Counted from the stretch's first letter, positions 43,934 through 59,786 are shown. The stretch: DNA of 64,000 bases from Eledone cirrhosa (GCA_964016885.1 OZ024751.1:39184001-39248000); one strand, 5' to 3'. Numbers and translations: made by a program. Notes: generated from the letters alone by a model not told the origin.

Positions 43934-44354
43934 ACAGTCTTTCAATTTTGTAAAAAAAATTAGTTCTCTACTTTGAATTTCTCCATTTGATCACAGAGAA
44001 ACTTTCCCCAATTTTCTTGGTTTGAGAGGTTTTTTTTCTGTATATATTTTTACCATCTACACTTCCTTTCAATCATTGGAATTTCTGCTCTCAACTAAAA
44101 TTACAATACTGATAACGATGACATGATTGTTGCTAGAGATCGTTACAATTGTTATCATTGTTATTAATAGTACTAATATTGTTCTTGTTGGAGTTGGGGC
44201 CCTCATGGTTGCTTTCATTGCTGTCTTGTTGTTGTTGTTGTTGTTGTTGTTGTAGCTGTCGTTGTTGTTGTTGCTGTTGCTCTATAAATTTCCTTTCATC
44301 TCCACTGGCTCGAGAATGTATGGCGTAATTTAAATAAATATATATATATATATG

Positions 44355-44403
<49 letters not shown>

Positions 44404-44408
44404 GTATG

Positions 44409-44442
<34 letters not shown>

Positions 44443-44789
44443 CATATATATATATATGTATATATATATATATGTGTGTGTGTATATATATATGCGTGTA
44501 TATATGTATGTATATATATGTGCGTTTGTAAAATATAATATTATATTATATAATATATACATATATCTGTGAGTATATATATATATATATATATATATAA
44601 TAGAGAGAGAGGGGGGAAGGGTGTATATGCACACTCTCTCACTCTCACACACACACATACACACATACACACACATATATATATATAGAGAGAGAGAGAG
44701 GGTGTATATACACAGTCACACACACATATATATATATATAAATATACGTACAGATATATATACTTATTTACATATATATGTTTACATAT

Positions 44790-44832
<43 letters not shown>

Positions 44833-45811
44833 TACATATGTGTGTGTGTGAGACTGTGTGAGCCTGTGTGAGTGTGTGTGTATATGGTTGCCTGTGTGTG
44901 CCTCTGTGTGTGTGTTTATACCCACTCACATTTTTTCCCAATTGTGTAGCGTCTGAATAAAAGACTTTACTTTATACTAAAATAATCAGGTATTATTATT
45001 AGTTAGTTAACCATTCCGATTCAACTCTACGATACTTCATTTGTATTTATAGTCGTCCATTATTTTAAGAATTGCAAGGAATCACAAAGACGGCAATGTT
45101 AAAAGGATTGCAATTCACTTCGTTTGAAATTCAAAGAAAAATGGAAAATATAACGAAAATAGATACGAAGACAGGGTATATATATATATATATATCTATA
45201 TCTATATATATATATTATTTATATGTATGTGTATATATGTCTATGTGTGTCTATGTGTGTGTGTACATATAAAGGAAAAGTTAAAAAGTGAGAAATGATA
45301 GGAAAATTTGTAACAGGGGTGAAATTTCATTTACGTTTCTTTTCTTCGTTATCATTATTATTATTATTTCGTGTGTTTTTCTGTGTAGACTGAAGACTAC
45401 GATTCGTTTAGATTTATGCCACACACATACGCACACACACACACATACACACACTGACACAATCACACTGACACAGACTCCCACTCACACACACTAGTCT
45501 AAATCTTCTCTTTACAACAATAAAATAAAATGATAATAACATTTATTCGTTTATATTTCCCCAGATAACTTGTTCCGTTCTTCTCTAATATTCTGTCTAA
45601 AATCTCCCAATTCCGTGGAATTTTTATCTGTCCGAATTTTAGAAAGAATTTATATAGCGATGTATATATACTTCTGTTGTCATCATTCTGTGCGTGTGTA
45701 CTGTTATATACACCCACTCTCACACACACCCATCGGTCCACACACATATACACACAGATATATACACATAGATATACACACACACATATACACACACACA
45801 CATATACGATA

Positions 45812-46017
45812 CTGGTAAGGAACCAGATGGACGATAACGCACCAGAGTACTCAACACTTAAGGTAGTAGAGTCGGTAATAGGAAAAAGTATGACCCCGAC
45901 GGCAGAGCTCAAGACGTTTCGACGGCTATTTCTGGACTAAATTCAGTCCAGAATTTAGTCCAGAAATAGCCGTCGAAACGGCTTGAGCTCTGCCGTCGGG
46001 GTCATACTTTTTCCTAT
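45812..46017 (-). mobile_element. Family A fold-back element A4
   Basis: 67-bp arms at 45878-45944 and 45951-46017 with one mismatch and loop AGTCCA. The tail at 45812-45877 is homologous to the A1 tail. Confidence 0.9.
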
Positions 46018-46171
46018 ATATATATATTTATATAAACATAAACATACGTATATATAAACATATACACACACACACACACATATATATATGTGTGTATCTG
46101 TATGTGTGTATTTATCTATCTATCTATCTATCTATCTATATATCTATCTATATATCTATCTATATAGATAA

Positions 46172-46263
<92 letters not shown>

Positions 46264-46863
46264 GTGTATGTGTGTGTAGTGTGTAGTGTGGGCGTATGTA
46301 TTGTAGTCATTTTCTCCTATGTTCTATGGATTCAGCTTGTTTGTCACCAACTATTTACTTACAGGTATTAAGTATATAGGAAGAAGAGCAGCTAGCATTA
46401 CCCACAGAATCCTTTTACATGTGTGATCCCTCATTTCAGTTTGCTGGAGGAAAACAGTAGTATAGGGATCGAAGACACTGGATGCCCTAAGTACTCTTCG
46501 TTTTTTGGAGGGTTTTTTTTGGGGGGGGGGTCTTCTAGTGACGCAACCGTCAAATTGTGTATGGATGTGCTAAATAAAATCGTTATGTAATCGATATTAT
46601 ATAAGCATTTGTCATTTCCATCGTCTCTATCATTACCACCACAATTCCTCTCATCTTATATGGAAATGTTCTGATTACGTACTCAAACCTCTATAAGTAA
46701 TTAGTAGAACATGAAAAGATTATCAGAGAAACTAATTAGAAACATGCGTAATTAAGACTAATTGTTCTGTAGAACAGTTAGAAACCAGTAAATGAGAAAT
46801 TGATAACAATATATATATATATATATTTACATATATATATGTGTGTGCGTGTGGATGTATGTA

Positions 46864-46937
<74 letters not shown>

Positions 46938-46945
46938 TATATATA

Positions 46946-46978
<33 letters not shown>

Positions 46979-47369
46979 TGGTAGTAGTAATAATAGTAAT
47001 AGCAGTAATAAAATAATCGCACCAACTTATGTCGTTATTTTATCACTACTAATATAACCATTACTGCTACTAACAATAGTAATTATTATCATTATTATTA
47101 TTATTATTATAGTAATACTCTTTCTGCTGCCGTTGCTACTACGTCTGTTATTACTAATCCTGTTGCTGTTTTTAGTACCGATACTAGTACTACTACTACT
47201 ACTACCACCACCACCTCCACCTCCATCACCTCCACTACTACTACTACTAACCACACTAATCTTTAACAATAGAACGCTTGGTAGTAATGTAACTAATAAC
47301 TTCGTTTCGAAAATCGACACAGGTGATAAGAGAAAGAGAGATGAGTGCGACGGGAGAGACTAAGTTGAA

Positions 47370-47900
47370 GGTCGAGAAATGTAGTAGCAGGTTCGGGGGG
47401 ATACAGGCCATTGTAGTAACGGCAGAATAGGAAAAGGGGATAAATAGAACAATTATGGACCAGATGCTTGTGTCAGAGAGTGACTTTAAATCTTCAAATG
47501 GTTTAGCCGAATGGCTTTATTATTTAGGACGATTTCGAGAATGCCTGGGTGAACAAATGTATTACCCCCCACCCCCCACCCAGATCTGAGAGCAGTAACC
47601 CATTGAGGGACTCAGCTGAGCATTGAAGAGGGTCTTTAGTTGATGGGGTTAAAGATTTTTGTGACAATGGAAAAAAGGGTCAGTCTTTCGGATTCTGTAC
47701 TAAGCTATGTTCAGGATGTGTGTTGTCCATGTGAAATCCTAAGTTATTGGTCACGAATGCTGGAATTAGGTTCAGCTTCAAGTGGTTTGTTAACTTTAGC
47801 GAAGAGCCTGTTATTGACACGAGGTTCTGTTTTGTTGAGGCTATGCGTGCTACTTGAGAGAATCTCGGTTATTTGTAGAGGCTTTACAAAATATATTTAG
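47370..47900 (-). mobile_element. Decayed CR1/L2-group LINE ORF2 C-terminal fragment
   Basis: Minus-strand peptides QLKTLFNAQLSPSMGYCSQIWG (about 47577-47643), KAIRL and LFCRYYNGL (about 47403-47430) match the L.LYKAQ.RP.MEYCS.IWG and LFYRYY.G motifs, in the expected order. Confidence 0.7.
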
Positions 47901-48507
47901 AGCAAACTTGAGGAAATGAGTTGTGTGTTTTCATGAGAGATCGACGGATATTTGGAGAGGTTCAGCCTTTAAAGCTATCACAACGACAGGAACTGTGCAT
48001 TCTCTACGGGAGATCCTCGGGTATTTGTGAAGGCGCAGCATTTAAAACGATTGCTAGGACAGATCCTTTCTTTATTATTCAAGTCTAATTTTGAAGACGT
48101 GCGATGATCATTATTTGAGACACTGTTTTCTGTGTGGAGAGAAAATACTGATATATAGTGAGAAATAAAACAGCAAGAATCACATTCTTCAAGACATAAA
48201 CTGGAGATGTTTTGACTATTTTTGGTAAATAACAGCGATGGAAATTTGAAAATAGTTTGTCAATTTTAGATTGTATCGTTTCCAAATTTGTTTTTAATAG
48301 CTATTATAGTTTCGGAAACATAGATTTGTAATGTCTACACAGGATATTGAAAATGGTTTTGCAGCAATATGTATATATTTATATTTTATATTACACACAA
48401 CACATACGAGCACAGATATATATGTATGTGTGTAAGTATGTATATATGTATATATATGTACGTAAGTATGTATGTATAAATTATGTGAATATGTATGCAT
48501 ATCTATA

Positions 48508-48561
<54 letters not shown>

Positions 48562-48677
48562 TATAGATATGCATATATATACACACACACATATATATAG
48601 ATGATTGAATTATTATTGTACCTCCTCTCCCTTTATCTTACTCTATCTCAGATGTATATATATATACATGTATATAT

Positions 48678-48735
<58 letters not shown>

Positions 48736-48934
48736 GCGCTTATTTGTATACATACGTGTATATGTATGTGTGTATATATTTCCCTGTTTATTTAAAATAG
48801 GAACACATTGGTATATATTTTAATGTAAATATATAACTGCGTGTATGTCACCTGAATACACATCATACTTACGAATATGTATGTAATTATCTATATAGGA
48901 ATATATTTATGTACTTATATATGTACATAAATTC

Positions 48935-48973
<39 letters not shown>

Positions 48974-49097
48974 TGTATGTGCGTATGTGTCTATGTATGT
49001 GTATGTGTGTATATTTTCATACACAATCTACTGATATTTTTGCTTTGTAATACACCAGAAATATAAACTGACAGAAAAAGATAAATGACACCTCATT

Positions 49098-49132
<35 letters not shown>

Positions 49133-49158
49133 TATATATATGTATGTGTACATATATA

Positions 49159-49215
<57 letters not shown>

Positions 49216-49228
49216 ACATATATATAAT

Positions 49229-49343
<115 letters not shown>

Positions 49344-49356
49344 ACATATATATAAT

Positions 49357-49479
<123 letters not shown>

Positions 49480-49492
49480 ACATATATATAAT

Positions 49493-49587
<95 letters not shown>

Positions 49588-49600
49588 ACATATATATAAT

Positions 49601-49645
<45 letters not shown>

Positions 49646-49864
49646 TCTCATTGTTACATTACATTACTTATGAAGTAAATATTTGAAGCCTAGAAAAATT
49701 GATTTCAAATACTGGCACTAGACCAAAAACAAATCAAATTCGATTGGATGATATAATTGATTAGATCTACCCCAGTATTTGACTGATACGAACCTTTTTC
49801 ATACCTCCCCGGCTAAAACCACCTCTGGGTCTCTGAAATAAAGTCACATATTTTCATATTTCCT

Positions 49865-50102
49865 GTAGGTCACTATAGATAATAAACACAACCCCGAGGA
49901 TATGGTCCGAACGTGGAAGAGCCGAACCCTCACTGCCATCGCATGCATCTCTCTCGCCTTCCCCATCGCTCTCTATTGTGAGTCCCACGTGCTGGCCTCC
50001 CCACAGCCCCGACGGACAGAATGGATAAGGCGTTTCCCCGGAGGACGGTAAGGGAGATGCGCTGGAAATATGCGCTGAGAGATGTCTATGAAATATAATC
50101 AT
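49865..50102 (-). mobile_element. 5'-truncated CRE-clade (RLE) non-LTR retrotransposon end with a 17-bp TSD
   Basis: Minus 50029-50067 encodes FQRISLTVLRGNA followed by LSIL (compare FQRLS.A.QRGNA.SI). The insert is GC-rich and flanked by atattttcatatttcct at 49848-49864 and 50103-50119. Confidence 0.75.
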
Positions 50103-50703
50103 ATATTTTCATATTTCCTATTTTATATTCTTATCTTCCAACATAATTTCATATAAAAGCTATGTATTTTAAATACTACTTTAATAATGAAATAATTAAT
50201 AGTTTTAAGAAAGCCCTTCAAATTCTTCATTGCTTAATTGTAAAAAACTGTATGTCACGTGACATTTGATAACGAATATGTTTTATTAGTCCCTGACGCT
50301 GATAACAGACTTGTCCTGGGCAGGATTTGAACATTTTGCACGGGTATTTGATGAAAACATCTACATGGTGCGTGTATGTATTCTGGAAATATCCAACGAA
50401 GATGCTTTATGTGGTTGAACTACCTGCTAGAAATAGCAGTCGAATCTTCTTCAAATTACACCCTATAGATATTTGTATACTGTCACATTAGCCATTGTAT
50501 TCTTAGATATTAGATACATTGTATCTCAAGAACGACGAGAGGGTCAGTATTGGAATGTCTTTCATCATAAATCTCTTCTGTTAGGACAGACGTAGGACTA
50601 AACAATATGCACAAAAAACGACAATTTAGAATCTTCTTTCCCAGAACCAATTTCATATATTTTATGAATGTTCAGTAACAGAAACCTTTCCTTGTCATAC
50701 GTG

Positions 50704-50893
50704 CGGTGAATTGGCAGCATAGGTAGAGGGTCGGACGCCATGCTTTCCAGCACAGAATTAAGCTCCTTTATTGTCTGAGTTCAAATCCCGCCGAGGTTAA
50801 CTTTGCCTTTCATCCTTACGGGGTCGATAAAATAAAGTACGAGTAATATACTGGGATAATTGCTGGCCTTGTGCCAAAATGTAGAAACAATTA
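50704..50893 (+). mobile_element. tRNA-headed SINE (same family as 19491)
   Basis: A/B boxes and central domain present. Confidence 0.85.
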
Positions 50894-51807
50894 TATGTGC
50901 CACGTGAAACATGGTATTTTATTTGTTTATTTGTTTGTGTCTCTGTATGTTTGTTTTGTTTCCCTCTTGAAAATGCATCACTATACCGATACTATTTTGA
51001 TGTCTTCTGATTCCACCAATTCCTAATCAGTAGTCTTCTTATTCTGCTTAACTAATATTCTGCTTAACTTATTCTGCTTAACTAACTATACACCCGCACG
51101 TTCTATCTAGAAACTAGTCTGTAATGCTTAATCCTAAAGCTATCGTATCGTAGTTAGCGGAGACAATTGAAATCTGAATAAAGTGCTATATAGTATTTTG
51201 TTATTCCCCTGTACGTTCTTAGTTAATATTCCACCAGGATATATTTGTTTTTAAGACTTCCAGAATTCAATAAATTATTCAAATCTCCTTCAAGCAGTTA
51301 CATTTTGCCAGGTCAAAAGAAATAATTTACAGTATCATACACACACATGCCACAAAAGCTAATAGTTCCGGGCAAATTTCTATGACTCTCAAAACCATTT
51401 CTATATTTATCTTTGATATTTCAAAATATTGACCACTTTTATTATATCTTAAATGTCCATTAATATATGTATATTAGAATCCGTTAATGCTTTATGATAT
51501 CTGTAGCAGATTTCTTTATATAAACAATTTTATTCTTTACATTCAAGAAGTGTTCTTATACAAAAACATAGCAGCAATCCTTATTGGATTTCTTTTCGGA
51601 ATTTAATTAAAACTTGACAGCCGCCATGTTCTTTTTCAGCAATTATGTTGAGACTTCAGGAATGATATTTAAATAAAGTATATTTAACATTTGCACAATT
51701 ATAAAGTTGCTGCGTTAATATTTATAATGGTACTCGTGGATATTTTTAAGGTGTACTTAAGGTGGATTTAATCTTTAGTTAAAACAATTTCGCTACGTTT
51801 TATAGAG

Positions 51808-52128
51808 ATAATTGTTTCTTTTTTCGGCACAAGGTCAGCAATTAATTACTGACATTACTGGTACTTTATTTTATCGACCCCGTAAGGATGAAAGACAAAG
51901 TTAACCTTCGCGGGATTTGAACTCATAATGGAAAGGGCCATAACTGTATGCGCCAAAGCATGGCGTCCGACCCTCTACCGATACTGCCAAAGCACCACCA
52001 CGTTTTATTAAGATAATTAGTTCTACTTTTCGCACAAGTCCAGTAAATATCCCAGTGCATTTCTGGTACTTTATTTTATCGACACTGCAAGGATGAAAGG
52101 CAAGTTAACCTCGGCAGGATTTGAACTC
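51808..52128 (-). mobile_element. Two adjacent SINE copies (51808-51998 full length, 52013-52128 5'-truncated)
   Basis: Reverse complement of the SINE consensus. Confidence 0.85.
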
Positions 52129-54474
52129 AACCGTTGACTAAGCTCGGAACGTTACAATATAACATGTAACTTCCTTATTAAATATATAACACCAATATGT
52201 ACATATTTCTACATCAGTAATACTCAACAATATATTAGATTCATTATGTACGCATCCTTTAACAACTGTCTCTCATAATTACCCCTAAACAAATCTTTTT
52301 GGTGAAAACTTGACTTGGGAGCCCTCCACGCTGTCACTCGACGTTCTAATATAATGTTAACAGGCGTATCTCTCTCAAATCAGATACAATTGAACGTTTA
52401 GACATAGATATTCAAAAATATAAATAGACATGGCTAGAATTTCTTTTTAAAGATCTGGTTCAAAATAACATTAACAACAATTTGATATTTTAAATAAAGT
52501 TCGTTCTTTTATCGAGAGACCTTGCCAATATTTTGAACTGATAAAGCAGAGTGTTGAAACGCATACCGCAGAATATTCTGGTCGACGCTCTAATGACTTG
52601 TAATTCACAGCAAGACACTTAACACACTTTTTCATAAATCTCATTACATTTATAATATTGTTCAGATGTAAGCTATTGGTAAGCTGACTCCACAATTCCT
52701 ACACTTATATGTCTATTACTAACGATAGATTAACATATTTGCTCCTATAACAGAAGAACTGTCTCTTTCTTTATATATCTGCTACGAGACAACTCGTGAA
52801 AATTTACGTCTTGCTTGATTTGTTAGAAAAAGTAGTTGAATATCTTTTAAATCATGCACATCCTTTTTTGTTTTAAAGAAATGATATATAGGAGAGCGCA
52901 GTATATGAAAGAAACAACGAATAGACTCAAAGCAAGTTGTCTTTGATCGTAACTTTACTTGATTAGGGGTTAACTAGAATTAAAGAACAACAAATACAAT
53001 AACAAGAACAACAATAACAACAACTGCTACTCGTCTAACTTTGTGTATGTAAGGAAATATGTCTTCCCTGGTGTGTAGTTGAATTGCCTCTAAATGTTAG
53101 AGTCGCAGACTAAATGACTTCCTTACAGCATTTAGTTTCGTCTAACCTTTTCTATGTGCAACTTTCACCGCGGTTGACTTTGTCTTTCTTTCCTCTCGGG
53201 ATCGATAAATAACAACCAATGCTATATTCGAACGTCTGTATATTCGAACGTCTGTATCTAGTCTACTGCACATCTCACATCTCTCTCTATCTATCTATCT
53301 ATCTACTCTATCTATCTATATATATATTATATATATATTATCTCTCTATCTATCTATTCGTTATCTATCTATCTAGTTAGTTAGCTAGCTAGCTAGCTAG
53401 CTATCTATCTTAAAAGGTTGGCCTGGTGCCTAAGGATGAAAATGAATATTTCTTCGTTCCACTGTGTTTTTTTCCCCCCCAGACCAGACGTTTCGTATAT
53501 TTCGTACACATGTGATTTATTTCAACATTGTCACTGACATTCCATCAGGGAAATCATACAATTGACCGAGAGACATATGCAGATGTCATTATAACATTCA
53601 TAAACTTTACACATAAATCATTTTCCGACTTAAACTTTCCTACTGAACCTGAAACAAATACACTCACAAAATAAAAAATAAAAAATAATAATATAAAATA
53701 AAATAATAGAATAAAACAATAAGAGTATACATACATATAATCTCCAATCTCTCTTTTTGTCTCTTTTACGATTCCCAAACCTGTATTATTACAAGAAAAC
53801 GTATCAATAATGGTTCTTTTACAGCCTGTCATTAGAAGCCGAGAATTTAACATGTTACACAATTTCATTATATTAGCATTAGGAAGATAGGGAGAGGAAG
53901 GTGTAGAGATGTGACTTGGTGTTCTATGAAACGTTTTTGTACGATTATTTTTGTGCCATTTGTCACGACCGGTTATATTATTTGTTCGCATTTATTTTAT
54001 GTTAGACGTAGGCATTGACCGAATAGTTAGAATGTCTCGCTTTGTAACCATGAGTGCCTTGGTTCGATCCCATTTCGTGGCATCTTAGACATTTATATTT
54101 CTATAGCTTCAGTCATACAAAAGATTTGTGAGGGAAACTGAATAGATTTAAAAGCTCGTCAAATAAATTGTATCTGTGAAATTTAGAGGTCTCCGCCGTG
54201 TTACATATAACATCACATTGATTCAACACTTAAATTATATTACCAGTACATATTTCTGTGTAATTCCGAGCTACTTTCACGTAAATGTAACGTCCATGTT
54301 TCATAGTCTCTGTATATCCTACGGTTTATTCACAGAAATAAGATTTTTCATGTAATGACAACAAAGATCAATGTTATAAAGGTGTGAAATAGATTTCAGC
54401 AAACTACAGATATATATTTCATCAAATACGGATGAATGAAAGACAAACATTATATTGTCGGCAGTATGTAGGAC

Positions 54475-54655
54475 GGTGGATTGGCAGTGTCGGTAAAGGG
54501 TCGGACGCCATGCTTGGATGTATAGAGTTACGGCCCTTGTCATTCTGAGTTCAAATCCCGCCGAGGTTAACTTTGCCTTTCATCCTTACGGGGTCGATAA
54601 AATAAAGTACCAGTAATATTAATTGCTGGCCTTGTGCCAAAAGTAGAAACAATTA
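54475..54655 (+). mobile_element. tRNA-headed SINE (same family as 19491)
   Basis: A/B boxes and central domain present. Confidence 0.85.
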
Positions 54656-57321
54656 TGTTGTCACATATGAATGCAGCAGGATTTGAACATATGTGAAGCC
54701 TTCGTTAATTTCAAAGATGAGCATTTCATTGATCAAAAAATAATTGTTCATATTTGAACCTGATTTGGAAAATCGTCTCCAATGTTATTTTAATTTTTGA
54801 GGCTCTTCAAATATTGCTTTGTATCAAGGATACCAAATTAGGCTGAATGATGAATATATGATAAAAAAAGGAAAGAAGCTGACCGTTAGATATGACCAAG
54901 GGAACAATGTTTCCATTGGATATTACATTGTTGATACTATCTACCAGTCGCATCTCTTGTCTTGGTTGATGAATCGACGTGAAATGAAATATTTTGATAA
55001 AACGCTAAACTCGGTCAGGAAATCGATAATAAATCACCATCTAAATTATTTGTTTTATCTCGTCAGTTAAAGATATGATCTAACCTTTTATGAAACGTGA
55101 GAAGACCCTCTCTAATGTTGTTGCTGTTGTTGTTGTATTGGTAACAGGATCTGTTGATATTTGACAACCTCTTGTAGAATTATCGACAACGCCAAAGCTA
55201 ATTGACCAAATAAACCATATTCGCCTATGATTAATGTTAACTGTAAGAAATTCAGAAAGGTTCACCTATACCGCGATTGCATCCTAATTATATAACATTG
55301 ATAACCTCTCGATAATATATCTAATATGGAATTGGCCAACAGCATAAGTCTTCATTTTGCTTGAAAATTAAAGTGGCTACTCCTGAGAAAGGTTAAATGC
55401 AGTTGTTTTAGAGTTCATCTGCTATTCCTACGCTTCTAGACCTAAATACAATAATAACGATATAGTATATAAAGGTTGTAGTGCTTACAGAACTATTCTC
55501 TTGATCCAAATGATTCTGAGTTCGTTTAGCATCTACAAAACGAAATGTGCTTTACTCTACCATGAAAGGACATTAGAAAAACTAATTATTTTTCTTCAAT
55601 AGTGAGACTACCCACAGATAATGCAATGTACTCTGTTAACGTCTACCGAAAAAACTGAAATTGACAAAATCTCAAATTCATAATTATGTGTCTACTTATG
55701 TGTAGGAGGGATATATGTGTGTAAATGTGTGTGTGTGAGAGAGAGTGAGTGTGTGTAAATATGTGTGTGTATTGGTGTGATATCTATAACGTAGAAGATG
55801 TCTTGCATTAGAATGTAAAGAGTGTAAATGGTGTGAGAAGAAGAAGAAGAAGAAGAAGAAGAAGAAGAAGAAGAAGAAGAAGAAGAAGAAGAAGAAGAAG
55901 AAGAAGAAGAAGAAGAAGAAAGTGGCGTTGATTATGATGATGAGGGGGAGGATAAAGTTGATGAAAATGAGGATGATAAAGACAACAATGATGATGATGA
56001 TGAAAATGAAGAGACAAAGAAGTGTTTTGCGGTGAGAGGAGGAGGCATAGCAACGGAACAGACACCACAAGGCATCGCACCAGACGCTTTAACTCCTCTG
56101 CCAATCTATTTCCCTCAGAATTGTAGTTTATTTATCAATAAATTCAACCTCGGCATATTTGAACTCGTGGTTCAAATATCCGGATCAAATAACGAAACAT
56201 TTAGTCCGACTCACTTTTGGTAATTTTCTATTTCTCTGGTCAATGTCCCTTTCACAAGATATTTATCGATCTATGTAAAATGAATTAGCTTCAAATGGGA
56301 ATAGAAACCGTATTGCCAGCTTGGCTCTATAATATTTTATCTTTTTGCTAGTTCAAGAGAGTTTTGACACAGACATGCTCGTATTAAAGTCCCATTATAA
56401 CATGCCTCTCCTATGCTTTAAAAACTTCCAAGCAAATTTAATTTAAAATTTGCTTACAATTTTTCATTTTAACCCTTTTAATATCATTTTCTAGAAGAGA
56501 CAACGCTTTTAATCTTTGTTTGGTTTCGATAATGACTGATAAGGAATATATCTAATATTGTAGCAATTAGCATTAAATTTCGTAAACAGAGAAGTGCCTT
56601 TGATTATATATTTATCAGAGAAAGCTATCAAATAGGCCTCACTATGCTATCGAATTCATGCAGTAATTGTGGCCATTTTTATCTGACTTCTTCCCAAACA
56701 GCCGATAATTGCTTCATTAATAACTTCCGGTCTTATAACCTTTTGGCAACATTGCAAACTGGCTTTCCCTTATAGATAGCATCTTTTGTGATTAATATAT
56801 CATTTTCTCATCAAAAGTACTAGCTTCAGTTAATTGCAGCTGCCAACACATCCGATCTGCATTTATATAGCAGTTAATGTGTGATGGTGCCACAGCGTGA
56901 AAGAAATTCAACATGATTGCATCCTTCCCAACGAAATGGCAATCCGTATCACATTTTCGGATTTCGTCTTTAGAAGACCTTAGATAAAAATCGTTGTTCA
57001 GTGACATAAAAAAAACGTTGCTGCACTTTATGGCTGTAGAGAGTAGGGTTAAAATTATAATAATGCATGCATTGCAAACATTGTACACTATTTTCTCCAA
57101 TGTTTACATAGGAAATATTATATAATAGGTTTAAAAAATATTTGTAACCTAGCTTTTACAAGCCAGACTAATTTGAATATATGATATCATTTACTCTCTA
57201 CTGGAAATAAAAGCAAAACTCATACACACACACACACACACACACGCGCGCACACACATACACACGCGCATACACACACACATATTCATGCTTCTTTTGA
57301 TGATAGTTTATATCTACCACA

Positions 57322-57357
<36 letters not shown>

Positions 57358-57360
57358 TCC

Positions 57361-57560
57361 NNNNNNNNNNNNNNNNNNNNNNNNNNNNNNNNNNNNNNNN
57401 NNNNNNNNNNNNNNNNNNNNNNNNNNNNNNNNNNNNNNNNNNNNNNNNNNNNNNNNNNNNNNNNNNNNNNNNNNNNNNNNNNNNNNNNNNNNNNNNNNNN
57501 NNNNNNNNNNNNNNNNNNNNNNNNNNNNNNNNNNNNNNNNNNNNNNNNNNNNNNNNNNNN
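57361..57560. other. Assembly gap (200 N)
   Basis: Read directly. Confidence 1.
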
Positions 57561-57790
57561 GAGCAAATTTTCCTCACTGTTCCGAAGGAATCTGCAGCCG
57601 TAGAATCAGCCAGATCCATACAGTGATCATGTCTCGACCTACCTGCCGGCGAAACAATTGTAACACGTAATAAACTGAGTTCAGATGCATCACTGATTTT
57701 TCGTTTTGTATACTAATCACACTCTGCTCTGTAAGAATATTGAGTGCTAATTTTGGCATACCGCCTATGGAGGCACTATAGCTACAATTA
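57561..57790 (+). mobile_element. Family C element C2
   Basis: Homologous to 39690-39848 and to the reverse complement of 39540-39675. GAAACAATTGTAACAC at 57651-57666; the CUGANGA segment is deleted relative to C1. Confidence 0.8.
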
Positions 57791-57814
57791 TACACACATA
57801 TATATATATATATA

Positions 57815-57863
57815 TAGTATAAAAGAGAAAACACAGGTAAGCATTAAGAGAAGGATTTTATCC

Positions 57864-57898
<35 letters not shown>

Positions 57899-58055
57899 CA
57901 CGTATATATATATATATAGTATAAAAGAGAAAACACAGGTAAGCATTAAGAGAAGGATTTTATCCAGGTATATATATATATATATACCTGGATAAAATCC
58001 TTCTCTTAATGCTTACCTGTGTTTCTCTTTTATACTATATATATATATATATATA

Positions 58056-58095
<40 letters not shown>

Positions 58096-58284
58096 CCCAC
58101 GTATATATATATATAGTATAAAAGAGAAAACACAGGTAAGCATTAAGAGAAGGATTTTATCCAGGTATATATATATATATATACCTGGATAAAATCCTTC
58201 TCTTAATGCTTACCTGTGTTTTCTCTTTTATACTATATATATATATATATATATATACGTGGGTAAGGCTATAGTGCCTCCATA
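57815..58284. repeat. Mosaic of five copies of a 52-bp unit in both orientations, separated by (TA)n
   Basis: Forward copies at 57815, 57917 and 58114; inverted copies at 57987 and 58184. An inverted family-C tail piece lies at 58257-58284. Confidence 0.85.
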
Positions 58285-58757
58285 TATATCTATATATATA
58301 TATATATATGTATATGTGTTATGTGTTATGTATTTCCGTAGAAATATATACATACATGTTGGATAAAATTGTGATTCGGGGTGTCGCCTCAAGTAATAGA
58401 ACAGTTGAAATACATGTGAAGGGCGTTGATATAGGTTTACGTGCAGCAAATATTTAATAGATTTCACCGTCATTAGATCACCGCGCTCTCAGAATAAACT
58501 GAAAAAAGAAATTGAGCTCAGACAATGCTGATCGGCAATTATTAGTGACACTTCACAAACGCTGTCCCAGACAATAGAACAATTGTCTGCCAAATTATTT
58601 CCAGTTTTTTACATTTTATTATTTTTATAAACCAGCTGCATCCGGCTGAAAGATCTTCTTAAAGACATCGCGTGGTTAAAACGGTAAAAAATAATAATGT
58701 CTGCGGCGAGAAAAAGAAATCAGTTAATATATATATATATATGTATATATGTATATA

Positions 58758-58912
<155 letters not shown>

Positions 58913-58915
58913 ATA

Positions 58916-58995
<80 letters not shown>

Positions 58996-59056
58996 CACAC
59001 AAATACAAAACACAGACACAGACACACAACACATACATATTTACATATAAAAAAAT

Positions 59057-59110
<54 letters not shown>

Positions 59111-59177
59111 ATATATACATACATATATATGTATATATATATATATATATACATATCTGTATATATATATATACATA

Positions 59178-59232
<55 letters not shown>

Positions 59233-59426
59233 ATGTGCGTGTATTTATATATCTGTATGTATGTATATATGTGTGTGTGCGTGTGTGTGAAAGTATTATC
59301 GAGATAAATTTGTACATTACAGTTCTATATCTCTATCTCTCTATCTCTCTTCTTTAGATGTAACTCACTGTTGCATGACGGGAAGCTTTTTTTAAGTTAG
59401 CTATGAACATCAACAATACCACTCTC

Positions 59427-59517
<91 letters not shown>

Positions 59518-59627
59518 AACACTGTCTCACTTTCCTTTACTTTCTCATTCACACCCTCTCTGTCCCTGCCTCTTTGTCTCTCTCGCTTTCTCTTTCTCTC
59601 TCTCTCTCTCGCTATATATATATATAT

Positions 59628-59683
<56 letters not shown>

Positions 59684-59745
59684 AAGAGAGAAAGAGAGAG
59701 ATAGATAGATAGATAGAGAGAGAGAGGGAGGGAAAGATAAAAAGA

Positions 59746-59786
<41 letters not shown>

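Noticed and set aside
47640-47900. 86-aa plus-strand ORF
   Set aside because: It is the antisense of the decayed CR1/L2-group fragment.
56580-57050. Repeat-free blocks as possible conserved non-coding elements (also about 14455-14810 and 21580-21680)
   Set aside because: This cannot be supported without cross-species alignment.
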